From Bugula neritina (taxonomy: Eukaryota; Animalia; Bryozoa), in NCBI GenBank assembly GCA_964035545.1, contig OZ037768.1, positions 14,331,675 to 14,395,674 of the forward strand: a DNA stretch of 64,000 nucleotides. Direction: 5' to 3'. A program made the translations under genes and the position numbers. The notes below the pieces were generated by a model, which was given only the letters and a program-made list of their open reading frames with translations, was not told where the DNA came from and made no database searches. Position 1 is the stretch's first letter. Each line of letters begins with the position of its first letter. Positions 37,177 to 52,600 of the stretch are shown in pieces.

Positions 37177-38535
37177 ATTAATAATTAAACTAACAATGGA
37201 GTACGCTAAAATACTTCTTGTTAAGAAACCATTTACATTATACTAGCATAATATCATTTTCATAAAGTTGTAAATTATTTTATATGTTTGAGTGCAGATT
37301 TTACACCAACGATGGGTATTAATGGCTAAATTAATGGCTGTCATTTCTTTTTCTTGCTAAAATATTTGTTGAGATATTTGGATAACCTGATAATATTTTT
37401 CCATATCTGCATTAATATCCTGAAAATATCAAAGATGAAATGTTAAAATATAGCAGAATACTTAACCTTTTTCTAAGATATTTCTAGCTTTTATTTGTAT
37501 TAGATTAGCTCAGATGCTAATATGCAAAAATTGATAACACATTTTTCACAACACTTAGGAGAGATGCTAACTGAGTGGAAAAACTAGCTAACATCTGCAA
37601 TAAATTACGACTATAGCTTTATTTTATAAAACAATATGCTAGTACATACCTAATCAATTATAATACGAGCCTATATGGAAACATCAAATAGGCAATGCTT
37701 CTTTGAAATGCTCTATACAAAAAATCATGATTCAGGGCTTTCCGTTGTGGTGGCGTCAGTAGAGTAGGAATGAGCTCCGAACCAGCAACAGTATCATAGC
37801 CTTCTTAGTCTGTGTTTCAACTAACTGTACAAGCAACAAATTCAAACTCTTGATTTTAATCGCATTGTGTTTTTAAAAGCGGAACTCATATGTAAAGACA
37901 TTTGTAGGGCTAAACTGCAAATATGCTGGCGATATTTGCAAATTTCATCATATTTAAATGTACCCAATTTTAGCCAAAAAGTGTAGTTATAAATCATACT
38001 TTTGCTAAATCCACTGATGTCATGTATGTATATCACTGGCAAATTACTTACTAGCAGCCAAAGCAAGTTTATATATTTCTATTAATAATTAGCTTGAAGG
38101 ATTCTCAAATTATTATTTATAAGGCTAGGCTAAAAGGAAAATATATATAAAAAATTATATTTCTTTGTAAAAATTTAAATTTTGACTATTTTTAAACTGC
38201 TACATGGGTCAAAGCATATAAACAGTAAGTATATTATCTCTAAGGGTTTAAAGAATCTGGTTTGCACACAGCATTTTTCCATATATGTCATAGAAGGAAA
38301 TAAGTGTGAAAATATTATATTCCTGTAATGAATTAGCTGACAATTTGCTTTTGCAATGGCACTAAGCTGTTAGAATGATGACATGACATGACTGCTACTG
38401 TTGCAGAAAAGCCCAGAGATTGACCTTGTACAGAACACAATTACAAAATTTAATTTAATAAATGTGATCTCAGCTGGAGATTTTACAATTATAATTGACA
38501 GAAAAGTGAAATGAAGAAACACCATCAATAACCTA

Positions 38536-38723
<188 letters not shown>

Positions 38724-40046
38724 TCTCCATATACACATAACTAAGCTAGAAAACCGTGATCTAAACCCCCTTATGGAGGGAGCACTGTATGTATCTAACA
38801 TAAACATGAAAACCTTGAAACCACATTAAAAGGAATAAACCTATAAATCTTCCACTAGTGTGTAGCAGAAAAATTAACAATTTACATTTATAGTTACACA
38901 GAAATTCGATTTACCAGTGGGTTATAATTGTACATAATTGCAAGTAATATCTGAATTTATAATAATACTTGGAATAGATTGAGTCATGTGTGTGATATAT
39001 AAAACATTTTTCATTAGTTGTTGCAATTTTTATTCACTTTTGCTCTTTTAATGAAACAGTTAGCTGACTAGAAACCTTATCAATTCTATTTTTCCCAACA
39101 ACTACTCAATGGATTGATATAATCAATAATTGCATAAATTATGGACAGGCATTGTGTTGACAGCTTCTCCTTGACATTGGGAACTATAATGCAATCATGA
39201 TTTTTCAATTCATAGAATTGATTAATAGAAGCATTAAAAACACATGCTAGCATAAAGTTTCAGTATTAAAAATGAAAAGTTTTGGTTTTCTAGTTTGAGG
39301 AGCTAATTTTGAGTTTGTCATTCAAACAATCTATTTGCTGCATCTCTAAATTTTTTTCAGTCTACCTGCCATGGTACTATAATAAGTATCATAAAAATAA
39401 AATACTGCAAAACCAAAAATAATTTGAGCAAAACTGGTGACTTCAAAATAAAGAGGTATTAAAAAATGTAGCAATGGAAGTGATGATGTGCTTATTTGCT
39501 TATAAACTGAATTTCAATATTGTAAGTTTTACTGCATATACACATTTTGTATTGAGATACATGTACTGTACAATATAAATTCTTTGTGTATGTACATGTA
39601 ATAAATAATATTATTACTTAATTCATAAAATTTTAATCCCACAATGCAATGGTTCTTTCATTAGTTTAAATTATTTCAATTGATTTTTTAAATTATTTTT
39701 AAGCAAGATGTAATATAAAATGATTTCAACTAAGCATTTGAAATAAAAGTATCGACTATAATTACAACTTGCATACAAATTCTAAGATACTAAACTTGAT
39801 ATATATTGTAGAAAGATAGTGGGCATGGAAAAAAATGCAGCATTGCATTTTCTGTAATATATTAATCAAATTAAGGATAATTTTTGTAACATGACATGAA
39901 ACTCATACTTGTGTATTATTATAAGACTAATAAAATGTGCTGATCAATCAAATTGTGCAATCTCATTAATTTGATATAATATGCAGGCAAAGCATGAAAC
40001 ATACAATTTTTTTTAAAAATATATGACTTTTATTTCTAGTTTTGAA

Positions 40047-40121
40047 TTGGCAATATCATACCTGTAGTTGGTTTGCAACATCATACCTGTAGTTGGTTGG
40101 CAATATCATACTTGTAGTTGG
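40047..40121. repeat. Short tandem repeat, ~25-bp unit x3 (ttggcaatatcatacctgtagttgg)
   Basis: Direct reading. Confidence 0.8.
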
Positions 40122-41702
40122 CTCGGAACAGGAATTGAGAAACCTGGCAAATCTGATAAAACTGTTACCTAGTGTTGCTGAGTTTTGAGCTTACAATCTT
40201 GCTGTGGCCAAAACATTAAAAACCTGTAGGTAGCTGCTATCAATCTTTTAAGTAAAATATGAGCTTCAGCGTTAATAAAGACAATTAATTTCTTAAGTCA
40301 TGATTAGTTAGGCAAGTTAAGGGTTATAAAAACTTGAATGGACTCTAGCAGTTTCAAGTATTCTTAAGGTCTGCCTACATCATGATATCTTTTTGCTACA
40401 ACACCAGTGACATTTTAAACATGGCATGCTATGCATGCTTAGATAAGTAAAGGCCTTTTAAACCGGCGCTTATACTGATCGTAGCTTAGAAATTATGCAA
40501 TTACTCACAAGAAAACACATTTGTTTACAACACTCACTGTATAAACATAATTTCAAAAGTGACACTGCAAGTTTATAATCTATTGCTAATGAGGCTTTTG
40601 TCAACAAAAACACACTCATACTAAAAAATTGCCATCTCAATGTATCTGTACATTCTAGTGAGAGTGAGACTTCAACAGTCATGTTATATTTTTCACAAGA
40701 ACTTTTCAATGTGAACAGATCACCTTGAGTTAACACATTCCAAGGTTAATGGGGCTATAAACCCAGCAGCTCAGCAATGAGTCCTCTTTAGCAGTAAGCA
40801 CAAGCAGCTATCTAAAAATCCTATTTGGTGCATGAAATATTTCAAACTATCTTAATATTATTTTTTCTATATTGAAACATTCTCACTGCCACATAAATAA
40901 TTACGAGTTATAATGGAGCAAAAGCAAGGTGGCCCATCTTGATAGAGGAAACAAAAACAACATTCTTTGTTTAACAGACTTATCAAAGTTTAAGGAGTAA
41001 AAGTGATGTTGGTAAATAAAATATTCAAATTACTTTGTTGCAACTTCCATCTCCAATTGCTTCTCAGACTTACCAGAATGGGAAAACAGTTTCCAAATTT
41101 GTTAAACTCAACAGCTGTGACTGCCAAATCTCACTTAAAGCATAACACATTGCATTTTGCTAATATTTCATCTTGGTTTTTGATTTGTTGTAGAGTTCTA
41201 CTCTCTACAGTTGATTTAAAAATAAAAATATTACAACCAGCGTTTTATTTGTAAATTTCTTGTATCGCAATCTAAGAATGAGCACCATTGAACAAATCTA
41301 GGCAAGTCTACAATATATTGATAGAGAAGACCACTCCGCACATATATTGAATACTTATATCTTTGAAACTAGGATTGAATGACGTCTTCATTTCAATTGA
41401 GTGTTTGTTTAACAATTTCAGTTTACATATCATTGACCATGCTGACTGAGTATATTTCGCCAACTCCATAATTATCATTTGTTTCTGCTCCGCCACACGT
41501 ACTCTGAAACACAAATAGTAAAATACATTTAATTTCATATTTCAAAGTTTTTGGGGCATCAGCATGTCTGTAAAAACACGCGCTTAAAAGATTACCATAT
41601 ACCAGGGTATGGGTAATACCTATCCTATATCTAATATTCATATTAATATGATAATTAAAGTTAAACTTAAGCACTCAACACTCACACTGACATTTTGACT
41701 TA

Positions 41703-42045
41703 GCCTAGGGCCACACTGTGCGTATTTTCGCATGCGAAAATTAAAATCACGAGTAGCAAAGGTGTCCACTGTAGCGTCAGTGATGCGTGATAAATAAAGC
41801 TTTCATTTTTAAATCGCACTCGCTTTCAATAAAACGCAATTTACTGGAATTTAGCGATAAATAAAGAACTTGGGCTCGCTTAATAACTACCAGCCAATTA
41901 GGTGACGACGACAGAGACGATTCGCACTTGCGTTGAAAATGCAGAGCGACAAGTGCGAAAGTTTTCTCAACGCGCACAGTGGACACCTTTGCTACTCGTG
42001 ATTTCAATTTTCGCATGCGAAAATACGCGCCGTGTGGCCCTAGGC
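41703..42045. mobile_element. MITE (PIF/Harbinger-like) with ~70-bp TIRs
   Basis: gcctagggccacac...ttttcgcatgcgaaaatt.aaatcacgagtagcaaaggtgtccactgt is mirrored at the right end; TTA on both flanks (41700-41702, 42046-42048). Confidence 0.88.
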
Positions 42046-42049
42046 TTAC

Positions 42050-43480
42050 ACTTACTATTAGAGTATTACTATTAGACTTAGTATTCGTATTACTATTAGA
42101 CTTAGTATTCGTATTACTATTAGAGTCTTAAACTTACAATTAGTGAGTTACTAATACTTTTACTTTTAGACTTACTCTTAATCTTGTTCTTAGTTATAGA
42201 TGATAGTGTTACTGGTAGTGTTACTATTAGTATTACTATAATAGTGAAGTTACAGTTTGAGTTACTTGCACTTGCAGTGACGGTGACTGAGTGAGTCAGT
42301 GTCGGTGTGACTTAGTCTTACAGTTACTCTTATTTTTACTCTTAGTCTTACACTCACAGTCTTAGTTACTGTCTTAGTCTACACTTACAGTTACACCAAC
42401 ACTTAGAGTCGCTGTTGCTGTTACTGTTAGTCTTACACAGTAACACCGACAGTAAAAGTTCCACTCACAGTTTGAGTTTGACTTTGAGTTATCATCACGC
42501 TGACTATCAGTATCATTATGATAATCATGTTTATGTTGTAACTGTCACAGTGAGTGTGGCAGTGGCATTATCATTCTGATTCTCGGTGTGAAAGTGAATC
42601 ACTGTGAGTCATGGGGTCAAGTGTGACACTGACTGTCTCAGAGTCAGAGTGCGAGTCTAGCTGACTTCTAGTTTCAGTTTCAAATTGAATGACGGAACCA
42701 AATTATATGTCGAAGTTAAAGTCAAACTCAATGTCAGTGTGTATAATATTGACTGTGTCACTATCAGCTTTCAATTTTTCCCTTTTAAATTTAACTAAAA
42801 CTTCAAGTGCCAGTCTGAGTAAATCTTTTACACTACGAGTATAAGTATCAGTATAACTTTCACGATTGATTATAGTATTGACCGTGCCATAGTCATAGTC
42901 ATACTGTATCAGTATGAGTATGACTCATATGAGTATGGGTATTCGTGACCGTTTGACTAATGCTAATAGATAATGGTAGCTGTAATAGTAATACAATAAT
43001 AGTAATACTTATTACTATAAGTATAACATTAAATTTAACTATTACTGACAGTGACACTATCATAATCATAATGATATTATTAGTAATACCAATATTATTA
43101 CTAATAGGAATAAGATTTAGTAATCAGTCTTAATGCCCTGGGCTCATAACAATCATTATCAATAACAACTCTTAATCAAGTATTTCAACACAGTGAGAGC
43201 CATTAATACAATATTAGCTAGGTATGGCCATTACTAACAATTAGCTTTTAAGAATTACATTTTGATTTTGATTTACTATTAGTGTTAGTGTTGGTGATTA
43301 GACTCAGTGGTCAGTAGTCATAGGTTTATAACTTATAAATCTAATATGAATTTCAATTAGATTAGTTGAGATTTAATCATAGTGGTTGACTTTTATGACT
43401 TGCTCTTGACTTACTGTTGACTTCTATGACTTATATATTAGTTATTACTTGTTTACTATAAGTATAATTTGAAATATAAA
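42050..43480. repeat. 3-nt-periodic low-complexity tract upstream of BYSL
   Basis: Direct reading; includes a 24-bp tandem at 42063-42121. Confidence 0.7.
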
Positions 43481-45111
43481 ACTGAGTCAAAGTGTAAGAG
43501 TGGGAGAAATCGTAGATGAGTTTTGATATTTAAATATGAAAAAATACTTGGAACAATTATGGTTATCGCATTAATTTTCAGCAAAAAGGTACCTTCTTAA
43601 CTTTAGTTATAAAAGTCGTTTAACAATAGCTCATTGTAATAGTAAGATACTCTTTCTTTACTATTTTTCCCTAATGTCAATAGGTCGTAGCTGTAATATT
43701 GCTGCGACTGACAATGTTGCCAAATAATGTGACTGACTGTTTGGTTCAACTGTATGTTTAAACCATGAAACCCTAATCTTTATCACCAAAACACAGTCTA
43801 GGGTCAATCAAGTGACTGCATACTAGTAGAAATCGTAAATCTTGTTTGAAGATGCTTATGCTGAGGCTGACTGCCACAATGATGTGACTACCATTTTTAA
43901 ATTCAGTAAAAAAGCATCTTTTACCAACTATGATAATCTTGTATTCATATTCTGCAAAAATGTGGAATATAGCTGCTTATTTTTTCAAAAATGCTAATAA
44001 TTACTGTCCGTAATGATTGTAATTTATGAAACTGATACACAAAATTTTCCATCCTACAACTCTCAGTGTTGAAATCAACATTTTTGTTTGTTCAACAATT
44101 TTGTCGTTTTAAGCTATTTATTTTTGCACAAGCGAACATTAGAGGAGTTTTTCATTAGAATCAAGTTAATCTTAGTCTGCAACTGAGATTTGGTACCCAT
44201 TTTAAATTCTCAAGTTGTTAAAATATTTAGATTACGGTTGCGTTCTACCATCTTTAAAAGTAGATAGTAGATTAGTAGATAGTAAAATTGTTTTGCTATA
44301 TTTTTTTAATTTTCTCTTTCAAAAGTAAATGTTTTTGTTGATTTCACATTTTTAAGTTAAAAATTTTGTTGTGAATTTTTCTTTTGAAGCATAAAAATAA
44401 GAGTTTAGATTGGAGGAAATTGTTATTATGCGTTAAAGAACATAACTGAGAATAAAATTGTGTTTATACCTTCACGGTTTTCTGTCAAAAATTCAATTTA
44501 GCCTAGTTGAAAGTTCACTGAGTTGCATTGCATTGTAAATGTCACTCGTCAAAATTTTTGTACTGTGATGACTTAATCGACCGAGTTCAGAATAATAATA
44601 AAATGAAATAATGACTCCTTGTAAATATTTGTAATTAATTATGACTTTGGCGATTAGATGATGTACTTATGTGTTTATAATTATATATCGGCAAGCTTTC
44701 TCAATTATCGCTTTTATGCTGTCAACTTTACTAATTCATGGCATTTTCAAAGGGCACTAAATAGCGATTAAAAGAGTCATATTTCACTATTGAAAAATAA
44801 GCTTCTGCATCAATATGATTTCACTGAGTTTCAGTAAAACTGTAAAGGAGTACTCGGGCGAGTGTTATTAACTGAAATTCGGTACTTTTTTCAGCAGAGG
44901 TATAAACGCAACTTGAGAGTTTCGCTCTAATTTGTTACCTCATCACATTAAATCGTTATAGCCAATGTAATTGCTTAAACATATGCGTTCATCAAATTAG
45001 TAGTTGTTGGGACATGTTGGTGTTATGAACCCAAGCTGCCAAAGATACATCACATTTAAATTTTTACAATTAGAATTGTTAGAATATTTTATTTAATTTT
45101 AATTAGTTACA

Positions 45112-48100
45112 ATGGGGAAGTTTAAATCAAAAAAGAATCAGGATCGAAATGATCCATTTCTCATCCAGTTGACTGAAGACAGATCAGTAAGAGGGAAGCC
45201 TAGACAGAAAGATCCTCGAAGTGGTTCTCTTACAGAGCAAGCAACTGGCGAGGTACTTACTTGGCTGCTAACAGAGCATTTTTGACATAAATATTTACTG
45301 CTTTGCATTTAGTTTGCTATGTTTTAAGTTCATATTTTAGCAAATGGTTGTATTTGCTTCCCAGTTGCATGTAATATATTTTTAATTTATTTTTTTAATA
45401 GCTTGTGCTTTACCACAAACTGAAATCAATTATTTGTTCACAATGTAAATGACTGAAGTTCACACCTTTGATAGTCCAGTGGAATATTTGAATGATTATA
45501 GTTACTTGTTTTTAGTATGTAGAATCTAAATTATCTAAAAAGATTTTGGAGCAAGCCCGACTTCAGCAAGTGGAACTAGAAGATGAGCACACTTCTGGTT
45601 CCTCACAAACCGGGTATGTAGAGCTATGGCTAAATATGTATGTTTCTTATCAAAGTAAAATTTCTGCAACTTATATGACTAAATAGAAATAGTATAATAA
45701 TTATTTCTAATTCCTGTAGGAAATCTGCAAGATTTGTTTCTAATGTTCAATCTGATGATGCCTCTGAAGCTGAAGTATCTGATGAAGAGACTGGTGTGCA
45801 TTATGACGCAGATGTCATTACTATAGACCCTGAGGAGGAGCGGCAAATCAATCAGTTCATGTCTAGTAACCCACTGGAGAGAAGGACTTTGGCTGATATA
45901 ATCCAGGAAAAACTTACAGAAAAACGAACTGAAATACAGAGCCAAATGTCTGGTAATGTTAATAATATACATTAAAATTAGTACACTAAATATCCATTTA
46001 GTTCTTAATTTTTCACCAATGTATATTTTGGTATGGAATTTTTCATACAGTTTATAGCTAAAGCATGAACATTCATCTGATTTTTTGATTGTGGGTCTTT
46101 TTATTTGCCGACTTCAATTATAAATGAACTGTTGCTACTATATTCCAACACCAAAATATTGATATTCAGATGCAACAAATGTTAAGGATTTGGATGAGAG
46201 AGTTGTGGCAATGTATCGTCAAGTTGGCCTTGTTCTGAGAAAATATAGAAGCGGAAAAATTCCTAAGGCTTTCAAAGTACTTCCCTCACTGAGCAGCTGG
46301 GAACAAGTAATTATGTTCATTTTGCTACATGTGGTTTTAGACTTGTATGCGATTTGTCTTGTGATCTTCATTTATTTTTATGCCAAAGAAATTCATATTT
46401 CTGAAAAAAATGTTTTTAGAAATATGTACTAAAAGCATATATAATTTTATTTGAAATATCAAAAAGTACTTTTAGTGCAACTGGTTATTAGACTATTAAT
46501 CTGGAGTAGTCTAAATTAATCAAACTCTTCTACCAGCATACTGAAATTCTAAATTAATAAAAGTTTAATTTAGTGATCTTACAAAACTTTTAAAAATAGC
46601 AGTTCTAGTTGTGGCAATGTATTATGCATCCGATGTATTGTGGTAATGCAGTTGATGTGTTTTTTATTTCTTGCTGTGTTTATAATATGGCAGATCTTGT
46701 TTCTTATGGAACCAGACAGCTGGAGTGCAGCCTCCATCTATCAAGCGACACGGATATTCTGTTCAAACTCCAGTAATAAGATATCACAGAGGTGAGACTG
46801 GTAGTACTTCATTACAACCAGCAATGGCTCTCTTTTAGCACACTGCTATGGGTATGCAAGTTGGTAATCAAGTCCAAATACTATTTTTAACTTTTCCTTT
46901 CTTCGTTCTTTTATGATTACACAGTGGTGTGGCAAATGTAAGGGCCATGTCAAAGATTTATAAAACTAAAATTCGAGGTTTCCACTATAGGCCTAGTTGT
47001 TTTTTTAAGTAAGTCAAATATTCTAAAATCTCTTTTATAAACATTGAATTAGTAGCTGATTTTTTTGTGATTTGTTAACAAGTGGAAGAGTGGTGCATGA
47101 TCTTCAACTGACAATTTGTGAGGCCACTGGTTATTAATGCAAATTAATTCTTTCTTTTTCTAGGTTTTTTAATTTAATTCTGTTACCCAGAGTTCGTGAT
47201 GACATAGCAGAATACAAAAAGCTAAATTTTCATTTATACATGGCAGTGAGTAAAAGTCTGTACAAGGCTGGAGCTTTTTTCAAAGGTTTTCTTCTTCCTT
47301 TGTGTGAGGTAAGCAGCCAAGTGCTTGTGAAATCCACTATTACAATCTCGCAAGTTTGCCTGCCTTAGAAATACATTTTCTTGTATGTCCTGCACCCATT
47401 AGACGATTCCTGTTAGTAGATGTGTATTAGTTTTATTTCTGTATTAGAAGAGAAGTTCTACATCAAATGTTAATGTTTAACCAGTCACCAGTTAAGATCC
47501 TCCCAGTGTTTATTATTTAGTGCATACTTTCTACGTTGCTTGCTACACAAGTTGTAGTTAATTATTTTATATAATATAGTATATTAGTTGTTGTAGTAGC
47601 ACAGCTAGTGATAATTAATACACAAAACCTTTTTGTTTAAAAGTTTACTAATTGATTTCTTAAAAATTTTAAATCAAGTAAATTGATTGATCTATGATGT
47701 TTTTATAATCATTAGACTTGGTACCACTATATTTGTACAATTCCATAGGTATTCCTATTGATTACTTGAACTAGGTTAAGCTGTATAAGATCATATAAAT
47801 AAAGCTTTAGCTCTGATGAATTTTATAATTCTATGCAAACGAAACACTGTTTTATTATCTTAAAATGCTTGATGGATTGTTCTCCTGTGTAAATTACTAA
47901 TTAAAAATGACCAATCATAAAAGTGTCTTTTAAGCTAAAACTGAGTTTGATTTACCTTCACTGTAAATCTTGATCGAATTGATCCTTAACCAACTCTACT
48001 AGCCTTTGTTTTACCATTCAGTGAATATTGTTCAGCACCAATCCGTATTTGTGTGAATGAGCTGTTGATGTTGTTCAGCCTACACTTTGATTCCATTACA

Positions 48101-49057
48101 ATGGTTGAAGTAGCTATTGTGTACGATATGATCACTTCAAACACCCATCCTAAAAACTGTGTATATTATGAACTAAACTCTAAAGTATCACTTGGCCAGT
48201 TCGGTTTTACCACCTGCTACGCTTAAGATTTCCATATTTAAAGCTTTTTTTCTAATGAATTATTTCTTTCACACAGGAATAAGTAATTGCACCCAAAAGA
48301 ATAACTAATGGCAATATTAATTGTAGTCAGGCACATGTACTCTGAGAGAAGCTGTCATTATAGCTGGTGTTCTTCATAAAGCCTCTATACCTATGCTGCA
48401 CTCTGCAGCAGCCATGCTCAAGTTAGCTGAGATGAACTATAATGGAGCATGCAGTGTATTTCTCAGAACTTTGCTAGACAAGAAGTATGCATTACCATAC
48501 AGAGTTGTTGATGCTGTAGTCTATCATTTCCTTGGGTGAGTTGAACATCTACCAACAGTTTATATCTTGATATATATTTTTATTTAGAACATGTATGGAT
48601 CTTCTCAGCAGCTATTCTGGTAAAGTCTGATTAGAATTTGATTCCTCTAATGAGGTAAATGTGCAGTTTTTCAATTTATTCCGCTTTCATACAATGTTGA
48701 TATTTTTCATTTAAGATTGCTAAAACAAAGCAATTTCAAAATACAATTGCAAAATGTGCACCTATTCACCCTTCTGCTCACTAATGCAAAATATTGCATT
48801 ATCTTTATTGCAATTTCAATGTTGCATCTTATTGCAATAGCTCAAATTCTTCTAGGTTTATGACTGATGAGCGACGACTCCCCGTACTATGGCACCAATG
48901 TCTGTTGATATTTGTGCAGAGGTATAAGCAAGACATGTCAAGCGAACAGAGGGATGCAGTGTATGAGCTCATGAAAAAACACAACCATGAGCAAATAACT
49001 CCTGACATTAGAAGAGAACTCGCAGGCTCTAAATGTAGAGATGCTGCCACGCAGTGA
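45112..49057 (+). CDS. BYSL: Bystin (Enp1 homolog, 40S ribosome biogenesis), ~420 aa
   Basis: Exons 45112-45252, 45516-45613, 45720-45952, 46170-46306, 46694-46791, 47164-47308, 48327-48535, 48856-49057. Motifs [46 protein letters not shown]. Confidence 0.97.
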
Positions 49058-49632
49058 TTTCACAAAAAACACACTTTTGTATTGCTTATGAGCTTATGTA
49101 TTATATATCTTTTCAATTCACCAACAGTTTAACGAATAATAATATATTATTATGGAACAGAGAATGATATATGACTAGAACCAATTGCTGCTATTATGGA
49201 ACAGAGCACCCAACATGAATATACCATAAAACACATTATGGTAATGGCAAATATAGGAATGTTGAATTTCTAGACTGAATATTTTAGAAAAAGATATTAA
49301 TTTTTACAGTACTCCATGAACCAACACATTACAACAAGTATGAAAATCATTGGAATAATACAAAAGGGAGCTTGATTCCAGTTATAGAAGCATAAAAATA
49401 TATAAATTAGAAAGATAGTATATAGTTTTCTAGCAATTGCTGTTTGTACAAACTTAGTGCAATAAGCCCAGTGTGTTGTCACATCTCATGAACAGTTATG
49501 GGAAGTTAAATGCCCATCAATACCTTGGCCATCTAGCATCACATGCCAATAAAAAAGCTAAACTGAATGTGATTGTCGGAAGTGGGAGGGGTCTAAAGAG
49601 GAAATCCATCTGTGCGGGATAACTACGCACTC

Positions 49633-52600
49633 TTATTCTATACTTTTGCCATTGAAATACAGAAGCCTGGTTGGCAATGGAATTCCTTGATCTGGCTTTG
49701 ATGAGTTGGGTAGCATACTTCCTTCAGCCACTGAATCACCGGATATAGCTAAATCCTGTGAAATGAACAATAAAAAAGCTTAAAACAACGATGTGGTGTG
49801 CTATGCAAATAAACTTGATGTGCTGATAGAATAATTGCAGCCAAACCTGGTGAAATGATATAAACTCCAATAAATCTAATGAGAGTCTTCTGTTGGATCG
49901 GAGAAGTTGGGATAGGCTACAAAAATATTAAAACTTTACCCAGAATGAACACTTCTTTCACAACTAGAATTTCAATCATTGCATGTGGGCACAAAAATAC
50001 AGAACGATGATTAAAACTAAACTAAAGTAGCTTGTTTAGAGTTTTGTTGATCAGAACAGCAAGTTGCACAATAATATAATATTTGTAGTGGTGAAGGCTC
50101 AATTTATTTGGAGTTGTCTTTTTTTGAGAGAAGCATGATTTGACCATACAGAAAAGTGTGATTTTTATTCTTACAACTAATCTCAATAATATGAGAGATT
50201 TAAATAATTTTTTAGCCTAAAACTTGGCCAATATTACCTACTTTGCATATCAAATGAACTATTTACAACATACGTATACTTTACCTGCTGGAATTTAGGA
50301 GGTCGTGACTGAGAATCCTATCACATATCTCTTTGTTAAGCTTTGATTCAAACAGTGGAATGCCAAAGCAGCAGTCAAACAGTACCCAGTTATCAAAATC
50401 TGTTGGCATATTTTTAGTATTATCTGGCTGCGAAGAGTTGGCCTGGAAAATTAAATCAGTAAAAAGTTATGTTCCAACATTAAAGTTGCCGAGTACTAAA
50501 ATAATTGACGTGCATTCAAATATGTAATAAATTTTATCATTATGTACAGGCCTATTATGAAAATATGATAAAATACCATGCTTTAAGTTTTCTAATAGAA
50601 GAAAGAATACAGTGAATATTTGAGGTTTTATTATTGCACAAAGGAGAAAAATTGAAAAGTATTGGCTTATTCCCATGTATGATTGTCAGCTAAGGAAAGC
50701 CAAAATTTCAGGCGAACTAAGTAAAAAATGATATAAATGCATTTAAAAACCAACACCTTTTGTACTATTTTGATTTAGCACAACTTAAAATGGTATAGCT
50801 ACACTTTTTCACCTGGTCAGATTGGATCTCTTCACCAATTTCATCACTGTAGAGTTTCGGGCTTATGTGGCTACTGTTCAGCAATGTGATGTATCCACAC
50901 ACAGTAGTCAAATCTACCTTCTCCGATAGCGATTTAACAGCAGGGTGTAAAGTCATTGGGTCATCTGTCATACCATTTACAATTTTTCTCAACAGCATGC
51001 CATTGTAAGACATTAGAATTTACCACAGCAATTACTAACTGAAAGATAAAGTAAAACTACAGCATCCGACACTGCCAACTACACACACACGAATTTAGTT
51101 GTTGGAGTCCTTTGGCTTAGACAAGTGAGAGCGAGCACATGCCATGTAACCATTAATTAGATATATAATTGCATCAACAAAAATACTTCTACAGACTAAA
51201 AGTCATACTCCAAACTTCACTTCATTTGAGACAAGCAATGCATGTAAAAGTAGCAGAGAGATATGAGAGCAAGTTAGTCCATACCATCACTAAATGGGAA
51301 AGAGAGATGCAACAGAGTGCCTGCATGAAAAGCTCGAGAATAGGTCTGAACCATCACAGCTGAGTGAGACAAGCAGTCTTGTAATGTCCACAATAGATTG
51401 GATGTAGGTAGGATACTAGGGTCATGACCCCAGGAGGTTATCTGGCACCGCTCGTAACTCTATAACAAACTAATAAATTGAAGCAGGGCTCTCTGGCTAC
51501 ATCTATGCAGCATTTAAAATCTAAGAAATACTTTAGCTGTCAGCAAAATATAACTTCACAATAATTTACATAAGAAAATTGGGTTATATTAAATTTTGTT
51601 CACACATGTCTTTGACGAATTTAAATTGAGTATGCAATAATCAAAATTATTATTGTTATTATTGATATGGTAACTTTTGCATCTAATTACACTTACTTTG
51701 ATAATCAAGTATAATCATAATGTAAATATAAAGTGATCAGTATCAGTACGAATACAAATACTACAATAATGATTTACTATTATTTAATTAGCCACCATAA
51801 AAATTAATTAAAGTTGACAAATTGGTGTTTTTTGGCAATACAAATTATTAAAATAGTTATTATTTAATAATTTACCACAATAACTAAAACCCATTGGACT
51901 TTAATCATAACACTTGTTTGTTATTAGTTGAATAACCTGAGATTGAATAGACACATTAAAAAGGGGTCTGCAATTGGCTTGAACAACAAAAACAAAGCTA
52001 AATGTTAGGCTAAATATAGCTTCTCCCAACAAAATCTCACTATCAGATTGTACAGGCTGATGGGAATTAAATGCAACATCAAATAAATTTGGCTGAATAC
52101 AAAACTCTAAAGCTGCATTCAAGTTGCAACCAAACAATTTTGACGATTTCCACACTAAATAAATGCAATTAAGCAATTCTACTTTAATTAAAAATAAAAT
52201 TAGCTTTGCAAGAAAATGGGATTTAAAATTTTTTTTGTAAGTTTTTTGTTGAAAAAGTTTGAATAATTGATGTCAGCCAATCAGCCAACTCTAAGCAGTA
52301 CTGTGAGCCGTGTGGTGATGTGATGCCAAGCTCTTCAGGCTTGTAACCAACAGAGCAGCTAAACTACAGACTACACTTGAAGCGGATTTTTGATTATCAG
52401 AATATGGCGGATACCCAAGTGAAAAGTTGAAACAAACTATTGCAACTGAAACTGCGAAATACCTGAAAAATAGGAGGCAGTTTCCGGACTTTGGAGCCCT
52501 TTGGAAGCAGTAAAGTGGCAGGCCCACTTTGTGTCAGATGATATATATAAAGTTTGAACCACATTGAGCTAACCTGTAACCAGACGACTTGTAGGATTCA

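Noticed and set aside
39863-39873. TAATCAAATTA P3 paired-homeodomain site upstream of Alx (autoregulation?)
   Set aside because: Such sites are expected by chance in DNA this AT-rich; no conservation evidence available.
45679-45972. Antisense/shadow ORFs over real exons (also 27475-27729, 32443-32628, 48829-49050, 62370-62591)
   Set aside because: Opposite-strand shadows of BYSL, Alx and ISCA1 exons.
47813-47852. CTGATGA...GAAAC in BYSL intron 6 as hammerhead or C/D snoRNA
   Set aside because: No convincing stem I/II pairing and no terminal stem with a properly placed D box.
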